From Bacteroidales bacterium (lineage in GTDB: Bacteria > Bacteroidota > Bacteroidia > Bacteroidales > GCA-2748055), in assembly GCA_038316435.1 (NCBI GenBank), contig JBBQAQ010000012.1:17718-81717 (forward strand): a DNA stretch of 64,000 nucleotides, given 5' to 3'. Under the pieces are notes generated by a model, which was not told where the DNA came from, ran no database searches, and saw only the letters and a program-made list of their open reading frames with translations. Shown one piece after another: positions 9,885 to 19,992 of this stretch (position 1 is the stretch's first letter; each line of letters starts with the position of its first letter). Both the position numbers and the translations under genes were made by a program.

Positions 9885-10670
9885 ATGAGTTTATTTATTA
9901 GATCATTAATGTTCAGGATTTGGTATTGGTATATCAGCAGGATTGATGCCGATAACGAAATAGTATTTATGAATTACGGATATGATGATCCAAATGAGAA
10001 CATTATTCTGGATCCTGAGGATGAGTCGAACCGTTATTCAATCCAGTTATATCACAGACTTGCAGCTGCAACCGAACTTAAGGATAAACACATTTTGGAA
10101 GTGGGATGCGGCAGAGGCGGTGGCCTTGCTTATGTTAAAAAGACCTTTTCACCGTCGATTGCAGTAGGAATGGATCTTGAAGACAAAGCAGTGAAATTCG
10201 CAAACAAACATCATATTAGCGAGGGATTGGATTTTGTGCAGGGAGATGCTCATAGTCTGCCTTTTGAAAACAATAGTTTTGATGCTGTGTTAAATGTTGA
10301 ATCTTCCCACAGATATCAGGATATGGACTTATTTCTCTCTGAAGTTTCCCGCGTTTTAAAACCTGATGGATACTTTTTATATACTGATTTTCGCTTTCCC
10401 TCAGAAATGGCGGATTTAAAAAGGTCATTGGATTTAACTGATTTTAAGCTCATTGAAGAGCAAAATATTAATGCAAATGTTACGGGTGCTCTTTTTAAGG
10501 ATTCTTTGAGAAGAAAAAACCTAGTAAAAAAACTGATCCCCCGCTTTATGCAAAAAACCGCATTAAACTTCGCCGGCGTTATTGACTCCGACACATATAA
10601 CCAGATTTCTGCAAAAAATTGGCTTTATTACGTTTATATTTATCAGAAGACAGGCGCAAAAATTACATAA
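9885..10670 (+). CDS. Class I SAM-dependent methyltransferase (fatty-acid O-methyltransferase-like)
   Basis: FMNYGY, LEVGCGRGGG, FDAVLNVESSHRY, LKPDG. Confidence 0.88.
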   Translation: MSLFIRSLMFRIWYWYISRIDADNEIVFMNYGYDDPNENIILDPEDESNRYSIQLYHRLAAATELKDKHILEVGCGRGGGLAYVKKTFSPSIAVGMDLEDKAVKFANKHHISEGLDFVQGDAHSLPFENNSFDAVLNVESSHRYQDMDLFLSEVSRVLKPDGYFLYTDFRFPSEMADLKRSLDLTDFKLIEEQNINANVTGALFKDSLRRKNLVKKLIPRFMQKTALNFAGVIDSDTYNQISAKNWLYYVYIYQKTGAKIT

Positions 10671-10674
10671 AAAG

Positions 10675-11792
10675 ATGAAAAAGCTTACAGGCATACTATT
10701 CGTATTATCCCTCGTTTCAGCAATTCATTTTAGTGTTTTTTCACAGTTTATCCCGGTGCGAAGTGGAAGTTACAGAACAACCTTAATTGTTTTTTCAGAT
10801 AGTTTGGTCGTTTCACCTGAGATTTCAAATCTCGAAATGGGAGTTTACTAATGCCGGCTTACTGCCAACGATGGAACATATACTTCACAGTCGGATGTTT
10901 TAATAATCGTTACGGATCTGGCCAATCTTGTGCCTTATGTTTCAATAACCACTCCCGCTAATAATTCCTCTTATTATGAAGGAAAGTCAGTTACTTTAGG
11001 AGTAAATGCCACAGATTTGGATGGAACAATTTCAATGGTCGAATATTTCTCAGGGGATATTAAACTCGGGGAAGCACTGTCTGCTCCATTTTCAATTATC
11101 TGGACCGGGGGAAACATCGCAAGCCACTCCATCACTGCAAAAGCAACAGATAATGGTGGCGCAACCGCAGTGTCATCGCCGGAAATACAACCTGTATTCT
11201 TTACTATGGAAATACAACAGGAGGCCCTTTCCCTGGAATTAATGTAAAACCTAACGTTCCCTATAAAATTAGAGCAAGTGAAGGAAGTATGGTGTATTTT
11301 TATTATACCTATTCTTTTACCGGGGGAGAAAGGAATACCTCCGCTTCGATGCATACCTATGAAATCGGCAGCTGTAATTCAAGCCCGCCTTTCTTGACGG
11401 TTCTGCCAGTAAACCTTGCAATTGCCGCGGCTGCAAATAGTAAAGGAACTTTTACAGTTGATACAAATGTGGATTGTGCGATTTCAAGCGATCAGAGCTG
11501 GCTAACTCTGAGCAGTTCAACAACTAACGTTTTCAAAACAATAACCGCAACTGCAACGCTAAACCCAACCGCAATTCAGAGAACTGCAAATATTACTGTT
11601 TCGGGTGCCGGAGTAACAACAAAAACAATTGTGGTTAAGCAAGCAGCCGGAACAACTGATGTTCAGGAAGTTTCACAGGAAGGTGTTCAAGTTTACCCAA
11701 TCCCTGCAGCTAACAGGATATTTGTAAGCGGACTTAAAACCGAAACGGTTGCAAGCATTTTCAATATCTGTGGAAATCGAGATAACTCCTAG
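10675..11792 (+). pseudogene. Remnant of a large T9SS-secreted multidomain protein (signal peptide, Ig-like domains, BACON-like domain, truncated CTD), probably a glycoside hydrolase
   Basis: Signal peptide at 10675; in-frame TAA 10849-10851; Ig-like PYVSITTPANN...AKATDNGG; frame change near 11180; SDQSWLTLS...RTANITVSG; VYPIPA start of CTD, then abrupt stop. Confidence 0.75.
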
Positions 11793-11806
11793 CCCTGAGA
11801 GGGCGA
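11791..11806. repeat. REP-like GC hairpin AGCCC-N5-AGGGCGA (second copy at 19238-19253)
   Basis: AGCCCTGAGAGGGCGA here and AGCCCAGTGAGGGCGA at 19238; both lie between convergent gene ends. Confidence 0.4.
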
Positions 11807-11873
11807 CATATCGGAACCATAGGCACCGCTTATGGTCAACACGAAGCCACCTGTAGGATCGCCTCCTGTGAAT

Positions 11874-13409
11874 CTATGAAAAGTCAAGCCAAAAACTCCC
11901 CTCCTCATACTCAACCACTACCTCACCGCTGTTTTGAAAATGAAAGGTATTCAAAAGCGAAGAAATATCCTGTCTTAATGCCATCAATGCATTATCGATC
12001 AGGTCTTTCCTGAAGCCCTTTTCCTCTAGGTGCATAACGAAATCGATAGACATAATTCGACTTACAACCTGTCCGAATTCAACCAGTTTTCTCTGTGGAA
12101 TCTGCATATCCACTTCAAAATTTACCAATTCTCTTACATGATCTGCAGCGCGTGAAGTGAATCCCTTTAAAAAATGATAAAAACTCCGCTCTTTGGCAGA
12201 TTTCATCAGTTTAAGAACAGAATCTGCTATCTGTTGGTAAAGAATGTCATTAGAGCCTTCGAAAATCTGGAATGGACGGCTGTCAACAACCGATCTGCCG
12301 GCAATGTGATTGAGTTTATATCCCTTTGCACCTACAAGCTGAAGGAGAGACTGCGCGGAATCCTGCATCATATCTGATGTTACGGTTTTTATGACATTTG
12401 CTTCAAACCCGAGTGACGAAAGATTATTTTCTGTACCGGCTATTTCTGCCGATTTCAGACAGAATGCGGAGCAGATGGTGAAATTAGCCTGTAACCTCGA
12501 TAATCGTTGCTGTACCTGATCGTAATCAAAGAGGTTCCTATTTCCTACCAATCTTGATTTGGTATGAGAAATTGCCTCATCCAGAATTCTCTGAATAAAG
12601 CCAAGTCCCATCGCAGGAAACTGAAATCTGCTTCGATGCAACATGTCCAGTAACATCTGAATACCAGTGGTTTGCGGAATTAATTTCTGATCTTCCGGAA
12701 TATGCACATCAATATGATTTCTGCCGTAAGGAATTTGATACAAACCGAGGTTTTCGAAATATTCCTCCACCACAATTTTCTGATTCGGGGCGTTCACATC
12801 ACAGATAAACATATCAATATCTCTCATGAGACTCCCTGATTCCGTTCTTTTTCGTGCAGTAAGTACCCAAAAGTCGGCCATTCCGGTAAGTCCGGCCCAG
12901 TGTTTTTTTCCCTCGAGATGAAAAAGACCATCTTTCTCCGAAAATGAAGTATTCATGCTCAAAGCATCACTTCCGAAATTAGGCTCAGTGATCATGAGTC
13001 CTCCCATGCAACTGGTATCCAGAAACCTTTTAAAGACTTTCTGCTTGGCACTTTCTTGTCCATATTTGGCAACAGGCTGAATAAACAAAGCATTATTTAT
13101 TCCCAGAGTAAGCGAAAGAGCAAGTGATTCGTAGGATGCAGCGGAAACAAAAGCGATGTTTTCCTTAACAGTTCCTCCAAAACCGCCGTATTCTTTTGGA
13201 ATGCAAAGTGCGAGAGGCTTTCCCGACATAAGCTCTTCAAGAACAGCAGGTGGTATTCCTCTTGTACTGCAAAACTGATCTATCTTATCATCTTCATGAA
13301 ACGCCCGTTTCATACTGGCCTTGAACTCTTCGAGCAGACGACGAAAAGAAGGATCACTAACTGGAGCCTCAAGTGTTTGATTTACTGCAATATATTGATT
13401 GTCCGGCAT
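11874..13409 (-). CDS. Acyl-CoA dehydrogenase family protein
   Basis: IPKEYGGFG, MITEPNFGSDA, GKKHWAG, QLVGAKGY, FQIFEGSNDI; ATG 13409 preferred over the upstream extension to 13469. Confidence 0.9.
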   Translation of the reverse strand: MPDNQYIAVNQTLEAPVSDPSFRRLLEEFKASMKRAFHEDDKIDQFCSTRGIPPAVLEELMSGKPLALCIPKEYGGFGGTVKENIAFVSAASYESLALSLTLGINNALFIQPVAKYGQESAKQKVFKRFLDTSCMGGLMITEPNFGSDALSMNTSFSEKDGLFHLEGKKHWAGLTGMADFWVLTARKRTESGSLMRDIDMFICDVNAPNQKIVVEEYFENLGLYQIPYGRNHIDVHIPEDQKLIPQTTGIQMLLDMLHRSRFQFPAMGLGFIQRILDEAISHTKSRLVGNRNLFDYDQVQQRLSRLQANFTICSAFCLKSAEIAGTENNLSSLGFEANVIKTVTSDMMQDSAQSLLQLVGAKGYKLNHIAGRSVVDSRPFQIFEGSNDILYQQIADSVLKLMKSAKERSFYHFLKGFTSRAADHVRELVNFEVDMQIPQRKLVEFGQVVSRIMSIDFVMHLEEKGFRKDLIDNALMALRQDISSLLNTFHFQNSGEVVVEYEEGSFWLDFS

Positions 13410-13500
13410 GTGTACGTTTTTAGTTAAGGATATATAACAAATAATCAGTTCAAATTGTTTAAGAGTCAATCGCCAATATTGTCAGCGGTCATTTAATCAC

Positions 13501-13519
13501 AATCAAACCTGTCAGGTCT
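13501..13519. repeat. REP-like dispersed repeat AATCAAACCTGTCWGGTCT (copy at 26801-26819)
   Basis: 18/19 identity between two intergenic copies; the 26801 copy extends into an imperfect palindrome. Confidence 0.5.
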
Positions 13520-13716
13520 TGAAGCCTCCTTGCTTCGCTTTCCGCTTCATGGGACGAGAAGGAAGTGGTTTTATTCCCAGACCCTCTGGGTTGGAAAATA
13601 AGAATTTCATTTGATACCTCGAAGGCTCTACCTCGGGGTAATTCATTAAACTTTAACCCTTTACTAAAGTCAAGGTTGAAAAGATAATATTCCAAAAATT
13701 AGAGAATAAAGTTCAT

Positions 13717-13724
13717 TATATTTG
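13717..13724 (+). promoter_or_regulatory. -7 promoter element of the RND operon
   Basis: TATATTTG 22 nt upstream of ATG 13747. Confidence 0.65.
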
Positions 13725-13746
13725 CTGTGATTAAGGCATTGACACT

Positions 13747-14799
13747 ATGAAACATCTATATTATCCAACTCTGTTCATATTTATCATGAGCGGTTTGGTT
13801 TCTTGTAAAGAGAAAACTACAGCGGTTAAGGAAAAACTACCTGTAAACGTAAGTGTTATTGTTTCCGAAATGGTTAATTTCCCTACAATAATTGAAGTAA
13901 ACGGCACTTCTCTTTCTGAGGAAAGTATTGAGTTATTTCCTGAAACTAGCGGTAAACTTATTTACTTAAACATTCCCGATGGAGAAGCTGTAAAGAAAGG
14001 AAGTTTGCTTGCAAAAATAAATGATGATGAACTTCAGGCGCAACTGGAGCAATCTAAAGTTCAACTTGAACTGGCAGTAAAAACAGAAGATCGTTTAAAA
14101 AAGCTTTTGGCTGTTAATGGGGTCAACCAGTCTGAATACGATGTATCATTGAGCCAGTTAAATGAAATCAAGGCCGCAATTCACATTCTCAAGGCAAAAA
14201 TCGACAAAACCGAAGTTCGTGCACCTTTTGACGGGAATCTGGGATTGAGATTAGTGAGTCCCGGCGCATACGTTACAACTCAAACTTTACTCGGCACATT
14301 ACACCAAAATGATAAAACTAAAATAGATTTTACAGTTCCTGAAACCTATGCAAAGCTTGTGGATAAGGGAGATACCGTATATCTACTGACAAATGATTCC
14401 AAGGAACAGCAAAAAGCAACCATCTCCGCCATAGAGTCACAAATTAATCCAGACACACGAAGCATCAGCGTAAGAGCCAGGCTTTTATCGGGTACAATTC
14501 GTTCAGGATCATTTGTAAAAGTCATACTTGTGAGAAACGAACGCAGAATAACCGTTCCCTCGAATGCAATTATTCCAAATGCCAATTCAAATCAGATCAT
14601 CGTAATCAAGGGTCATAAACCTGTGTTTACGAATATTGAAACCGGGCAAAGAAACGCTGATGCTGTTGAAATTCTAAACGGAATTGAAGCCGGTGATTCA
14701 GTCGTTGTAAGTGGAGTTCTTTTTGTAAGACAAAATAGTGTGGTAAATGTCGGGAAAGTAGTTAAAATGGACATTTCCGGTAGTCTCGATTCCAAATAG
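13747..14799 (+). CDS. RND efflux periplasmic adaptor (MFP), lipoprotein
   Basis: Lipobox LVSC; lipoyl half-motifs (GEAVKKGSLLAKI, VRAPFDG), VPSNAI, GIEAGDSVVVSG. Confidence 0.93.
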   Translation: MKHLYYPTLFIFIMSGLVSCKEKTTAVKEKLPVNVSVIVSEMVNFPTIIEVNGTSLSEESIELFPETSGKLIYLNIPDGEAVKKGSLLAKINDDELQAQLEQSKVQLELAVKTEDRLKKLLAVNGVNQSEYDVSLSQLNEIKAAIHILKAKIDKTEVRAPFDGNLGLRLVSPGAYVTTQTLLGTLHQNDKTKIDFTVPETYAKLVDKGDTVYLLTNDSKEQQKATISAIESQINPDTRSISVRARLLSGTIRSGSFVKVILVRNERRITVPSNAIIPNANSNQIIVIKGHKPVFTNIETGQRNADAVEILNGIEAGDSVVVSGVLFVRQNSVVNVGKVVKMDISGSLDSK

Positions 14800-14807
14800 A
14801 TCGCTAA

Positions 14808-17800
14808 ATGAACATTTCAGAACTTTCCCTAAGAAGACCGGTATTAGCCACTGTGATGAATTTGCTCATCATTTTGTTTGGCGTCACTGGGTATTATTTT
14901 CTAGGTGTCAGGGAATACCCTGCGATCGATCCTCCGATTATTACTGTAAGAACCGCATATATTGGTGCAAACGCCGATATTATTGAATCTCAGATAACTG
15001 AACCTCTTGAAAAAGCCATAAACGGTATCCCGGGAATTCGTACTTTAACTTCTGCTAGTTCTGTAGGGGGAAGTAATATTACAGTAGAATTCAATCTTGG
15101 ATCAGATCTGGAAACCGCTGCAAACGACGTACGCGATAAAGTTAGTCAGGCTGTCAGAAACCTCCCCCAGGATATTGATGCACCGCCGGTAGTAACCAAA
15201 TCTGACGCAAACAGCGATTTCATCATTTTTATGGCTGTGCAAAGTCCCAGCAAAGGAATTATGGAACTCAGCGACTATGCAGAAAACTTCCTGCAAAACA
15301 AGTTTCAGACAATTCCCGAGGTAAGTTCAGTAAATGTTGTCGGACAAAAGCGACCCGCTATGCGTTTGTGGGTAGATCCTGATAAAATGCAGGCATACAA
15401 AATTGCTTTCAATGACATATCCAGTATTTTAAGAAACGAAAACGTTGAAATTCCCTCAGGAAAAATATATGGCAACAGAACCGAACTGACCATTCGAACC
15501 CTAGGCAGATTAAGTACTGTGGATGATTTCGCTAATCTGATTATCAGGGAAGATAAAGCTGGAATCGTGCGACTAAGCGATGTTGCCAAGGTAGAACTTG
15601 GACCCGAACAGTACGAGCAAAACTGGAAAATGAATGGCGTAACAGCGGTTGGTGTCGCCCTGATACCTCAGCCTGGTGCAAATTACATTAATATCTCCAA
15701 TGAGTTCAATAAACGGCTTGACGATATCCGGAAATCGGAAAAAGATAGTGATCTGGTTTTCACAACACTTGTCGATACAACAAAAAACGTCAGAAGATCG
15801 TTGACCGAAGTAAAAGAAACTCTCCTAATATCCCTGCTTCTCGTGATTCTGGTAATTTTCCTGTTTTTCAGAAGCTGGCTTATTGCAATTCGTCCCCTCA
15901 TAGATATCCCTATTTCATTGGTATCTACCTTTTTCATCATGTATATTACCGGCTTTTCAATCAATATTCTTACCCTGCTAGCCATAGTTCTTGCAACAGG
16001 ACTGGTTGTCGATGACGGGATTGTTGTCACAGAAAATATTTTCAGGAAGTTTGAGAAAGGCATGCCTATTCGGAGAGCCGCGCTGGAAGGAAGTCGGGAA
16101 ATCTTTTTTGTTGTTTTGTCTACCTCTGTTACGCTGGCAATTGTTTTTCTCCCGGTAATTTTTTTAAAGGGATTTGTTGGAAGTCTATTCAGGGAATTTG
16201 GAATTGTCTTGGCCGGGGCTGTTCTGGTATCTGCCTTTGTATCCCTTACCATTACTCCAGTTTTAAATGTTCTGCTTACCGGGAAAAAAACTCAGCACGG
16301 AAGATTCTACAATAGTACAGAACCATTTTTCGCGGGAATGGAAAACGGTTATAAAAATATTCTGCAGAAGTTTATTGAACGCCGAAGAATCGCCTGGATA
16401 ATAGTAATTACCTGTGTTGTAATAATCTTTACTATAGGCCGATCCCTCCAAAGTGAGATAGCGCCTATTGAAGATAAAAGCGGTATCCGTTTTCAGATCA
16501 CCGGACCCGAAGGGGCAAGTTTTGATTATATGATTAGTGCAGCAGGGCAACTTGAAAATTTCCTGCTGGATTCTGTCCCCGAATTGAATTTTACTTTTTT
16601 CTCAGTTCCAGGATTCGGAAACTCCGGACTGAATGGTGCATTCGGAAGAGTTGGACTGGTTCCTTCCAATGAAAGAGAAAGAACCCAGACCGAAATTGCC
16701 AAAGATCTAGGAAGAAAAGTCGGAAGGTTTACCGATATACTTATTTTCCCTGTTGAAGAACAAACAATTTCTGTGGGTTTGGGCTCAAGAGGGTCTCTGC
16801 CGGTTCAGTTTGTTATTCAAAATCTTGACTTCGAAAAGTTAAAATCCATGATCCCTAAATTTCTGGAAGCTGCCAGAAATGATAAAACTTTTCAAAATGT
16901 GGATGTGAATTTGAAATTCAATAAACCTGAAATTGATATTATCATCGACCGTTTAAAAGCCAGAGAGCTGGGTCTAACTGTTGCAGATATTGCAGATGTC
17001 CTCCAAAGTGCCTTTAGCGGCAGAAGACTTGATTATTTTATAATGAACGGGAAACAGTACCAGGTAATATCTCAGGTAAAACTAAAAGACCGACAAGTCC
17101 CTGATGATATTCTCAAACTTTCTGTCAGGAATAATAAAGGCGTTAACATCTCACTTGCAAACGTTCTGACACTGGTGCCAAACGCAAATCCACCTTCACT
17201 TTTCCATTTCAACCGGTATAAGTCAGCTACTTTTTCTGCGTCACTAAGTGAAGGGAAAGCCATCAGTGATGGTGTGGAAGCTATGCAGACTATTGCAGAT
17301 AATCTGCTGGATGAAAGTTTTCAAACATCGCTAAGCGGTCCCTCGAGAGATTATTCAGAAAGTTCTTCAAATATCGCATTTGCATTTATTCTTGCGCTTA
17401 TTTTAATATACCTGATTCTCGCCGCACAATTCGAGAGTTTCAGAGATCCAATTACCATTATGCTTACGGTTCCTCTGGCCATTGCAGGAGCAGTGCTTAG
17501 TTTGTGGATATTTGGACATACAATTAATATTTTCTCACAGATCGGGATGATTATGCTAATTGGACTCGTAACCAAAAACGGAATTCTAATCGTTGAATTT
17601 GCCAATAAGAAGCGAGAACTGGGAATTCCAATGATTCAGGCAGTTGTTGAAGCGTCTACTCAACGTCTGCGTCCAATTCTGATGACTAGTCTTGCAACAT
17701 CCCTCGGGGCCTTACCAATTGCACTAAGTCTGGGTTCGTCCGCAACCAGCAGGGTTTCATTAGGTATCGTTATTGTTGCAGGAATCATGTTCTCTCTGAT

Positions 17801-17897
17801 CCTTACATTATTTGTCATTCCCTCTGTTTACACCTACATTTCAGGAAAACGGAGAATACTTACCGACGACTCAGATAATTCCTCTTTGAAAAAGTGA
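14808..17897 (+). CDS. RND efflux permease (AcrB/MdtB-like)
   Basis: 1029 aa; GLVVDDGIVVTENI, GLVTKNGILIVEFAN, RLRPILMTS. Confidence 0.96.
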   Translation: MNISELSLRRPVLATVMNLLIILFGVTGYYFLGVREYPAIDPPIITVRTAYIGANADIIESQITEPLEKAINGIPGIRTLTSASSVGGSNITVEFNLGSDLETAANDVRDKVSQAVRNLPQDIDAPPVVTKSDANSDFIIFMAVQSPSKGIMELSDYAENFLQNKFQTIPEVSSVNVVGQKRPAMRLWVDPDKMQAYKIAFNDISSILRNENVEIPSGKIYGNRTELTIRTLGRLSTVDDFANLIIREDKAGIVRLSDVAKVELGPEQYEQNWKMNGVTAVGVALIPQPGANYINISNEFNKRLDDIRKSEKDSDLVFTTLVDTTKNVRRSLTEVKETLLISLLLVILVIFLFFRSWLIAIRPLIDIPISLVSTFFIMYITGFSINILTLLAIVLATGLVVDDGIVVTENIFRKFEKGMPIRRAALEGSREIFFVVLSTSVTLAIVFLPVIFLKGFVGSLFREFGIVLAGAVLVSAFVSLTITPVLNVLLTGKKTQHGRFYNSTEPFFAGMENGYKNILQKFIERRRIAWIIVITCVVIIFTIGRSLQSEIAPIEDKSGIRFQITGPEGASFDYMISAAGQLENFLLDSVPELNFTFFSVPGFGNSGLNGAFGRVGLVPSNERERTQTEIAKDLGRKVGRFTDILIFPVEEQTISVGLGSRGSLPVQFVIQNLDFEKLKSMIPKFLEAARNDKTFQNVDVNLKFNKPEIDIIIDRLKARELGLTVADIADVLQSAFSGRRLDYFIMNGKQYQVISQVKLKDRQVPDDILKLSVRNNKGVNISLANVLTLVPNANPPSLFHFNRYKSATFSASLSEGKAISDGVEAMQTIADNLLDESFQTSLSGPSRDYSESSSNIAFAFILALILIYLILAAQFESFRDPITIMLTVPLAIAGAVLSLWIFGHTINIFSQIGMIMLIGLVTKNGILIVEFANKKRELGIPMIQAVVEASTQRLRPILMTSLATSLGALPIALSLGSSATSRVSLGIVIVAGIMFSLILTLFVIPSVYTYISGKRRILTDDSDNSSLKK

Positions 17898-17901
17898 AAC
17901 C

Positions 17902-19200
17902 ATGAACAAAGCACTCATATATTTAGGCTTTCTGCTTTTCCCCCTGAGTTCAATGGCTCAAATACCTTTGAGTCTCAGCAATGCCATTGATACCGCCCTG
18001 AAAAACAATTTTGATATTCAGATTGCTAAAAATCTCAATGAGATCGGTAAAGTCAATAATTCATATGGAGTGGCCGGGGGATTGCCAACAGTAAATTTAA
18101 CCGCCGGAAACAATAATTCTCTGTATGACTTAAATCAGAAATTAAGCAACGGTACTATTATTCAAAAGAACAATGTTTCAAACCATACCGTCAATGCCGC
18201 ACTGACAGCAGGGTTCACATTGTTTAATGGGTTTAAAGTTTATGCCACTAAAGAAAGACTTAGTATTCTGGAACTTCAGAGTGAATCAGAACTAAATCTT
18301 CAGATTCAGAATACGATTGCGGCAGTCATGGTTACGTATTATGATATCATTCGGCAACAAAGCTATCTTGAAATTATCAAAAGTTCTCTTGATGTTTCAT
18401 CAAAAAAGTCGGAGATTGTTTTGGAGCGTTATTTAGTGGGAATGGCAAATAATGCAGATCAGCTTCAGTCGAAAATGGATGTGAATCTCGCTGGTCAAAA
18501 CCTCCAAAGTCAACAACTGCTAATTGAACAGGAAAAAATTTCATTACTTCAGCTAATAGGAGTTGTAGAGTATTTCGATGCAACCATAAATGATACTATT
18601 CAAGTGGATAAGAGCATTCAAAAAGATTCCATTATCAGTTTTCTTGAAAACAATCCACAGTTTCTCTCTGCAGACCAACAAATTCGAATTAACGAACAGA
18701 TTATTAAGGAGATAAGGGCTCAACGATATCCAACCCTAAGAATAAACACAGGGTACAATTATGCTTACAACAGCAGTTCTGCTGGGTTTAACTTATTTAA
18801 TCAGAATTACGGGCCAACACTAGGTGCAAGCTTACAAATTCCTATTTTTAACGGGACTATCTACAAAACCCAACAGGAAGTAGCGACATATAACCTTAGA
18901 AATGCCGAACTTCAAAAAGAAAGTCTGCTTTCATCCCTTAAGGCAGATGCTTTAAAGACATACCAGGCTTACGAAAGCACATTAAAACAGATCGAATCCC
19001 AACAGGCTAATTTTCAAAACTCTAAAGAATTAGTTGATCTTGTCATTCAGCGATTTCAGCTAAATCAGGCCACTATTCTGGAGGTCAAAGCTGCCCAGGC
19101 AAGTTTTGAAACAGCCGGATATGCCTTGATAAACCTCCAGTTTGCAGCAAAAACAGCGGAAATTGAACTAAAAAGACTTGTGTTTCAACTTTCCTATTAA
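17902..19200 (+). CDS. TolC-family outer membrane efflux protein
   Basis: Signal peptide, LSNAIDTALKNN, LQIPIFNG; third gene of the RND operon. Confidence 0.92.
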   Translation: MNKALIYLGFLLFPLSSMAQIPLSLSNAIDTALKNNFDIQIAKNLNEIGKVNNSYGVAGGLPTVNLTAGNNNSLYDLNQKLSNGTIIQKNNVSNHTVNAALTAGFTLFNGFKVYATKERLSILELQSESELNLQIQNTIAAVMVTYYDIIRQQSYLEIIKSSLDVSSKKSEIVLERYLVGMANNADQLQSKMDVNLAGQNLQSQQLLIEQEKISLLQLIGVVEYFDATINDTIQVDKSIQKDSIISFLENNPQFLSADQQIRINEQIIKEIRAQRYPTLRINTGYNYAYNSSSAGFNLFNQNYGPTLGASLQIPIFNGTIYKTQQEVATYNLRNAELQKESLLSSLKADALKTYQAYESTLKQIESQQANFQNSKELVDLVIQRFQLNQATILEVKAAQASFETAGYALINLQFAAKTAEIELKRLVFQLSY

Positions 19201-19376
19201 AACGAAACTGTTAATCCCATGAAACTTTCTGCAGCTAAGCCCAGTGAGGGCGATCGAAGCCGGGATCAATCAACGGTAAATAAAGTTAATTTGAAAAGCT
19301 GACAAAAGCAAGCCAGAAAACCACTAGGCATTGGGTTTAAGCGCTTTTAGGTGCTGGATTTAGTTAGAACAATAGT

Positions 19377-19661
19377 TTATTTGGATTCTTGCCGACTATC
19401 AAAAATCCTTAAAATGTCCACAAAATCTTTTCTGTTGCGGTAAAATAGAATGTTGTGTTTAGTCAAAACACATTTCCTGATTTTCTTATTCTCATAAATC
19501 AAAGGAAATTGTTTGGGATTAATTGAAATCTGAGAAAGTGATGAAGAAATAATTTCAATAAACCCTTCCAGAACCCTATCATCCCTATTTTCTTAAAGGT
19601 AATCAAGGATAGACACAAAGTCATTTTCAGCTAATGGTGACCAAATAATTTGCTTAGGCAC
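19377..19661 (-). pseudogene. RelE/ParE-family toxin pseudogene
   Basis: GTG start overlapping the antitoxin stop; VPKQIIWSPLAENDFVSILDYL*ENRDD...IRKCVLTKHNILFYR...VDILRIFDSRQ with in-frame TAA at 19593-19595. Confidence 0.8.
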
Positions 19662-19890
19662 GTAAATATTTCTTGCGAATTTTGGCCATAATTTTCTCGT
19701 TGGGAATACCTTTTCCTAACTCAATTTCCTCAATCGCATCAAAAATGCCTTGTTTTTGCTCTTCAGTCAATTTTTCCCAATCTCTTATGTCCTTTTTCTC
19801 ATTAATGTAATTTATTAGGACTCCATACAACTCCTCTAATCGATTCTTTTCAAGTGAATCGATTTTAAGTTTTAGATCAGAGACTGTCAT
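19654..19890 (-). CDS. Putative antitoxin (addiction-module component)
   Basis: Small acidic protein DWEKLTEEQKQGIFDAIEEIELGKGIPNEKIM directly upstream of and overlapping a RelE/ParE gene; start 19890 preferred. Confidence 0.75.
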   Translation of the reverse strand: MTVSDLKLKIDSLEKNRLEELYGVLINYINEKKDIRDWEKLTEEQKQGIFDAIEEIELGKGIPNEKIMAKIRKKYLRA

Positions 19891-19992
19891 AATTTGACTT
19901 TTTTCAAAAGTACAATAAATATTGCTCAAGTATTAATCTGGCTAGAATACCTTACAACTGACAATTCCATTAATTAAGGATTATAAGAATTT

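Noticed and set aside
13489..13695. 68-aa ORF
   Set aside because: Runs through REP-like palindromic DNA between divergent promoters; no protein features
13747..19200. RND-TolC operon as peptide exporter
   Set aside because: RND pump with no C39/ABC domain, 24 kb away
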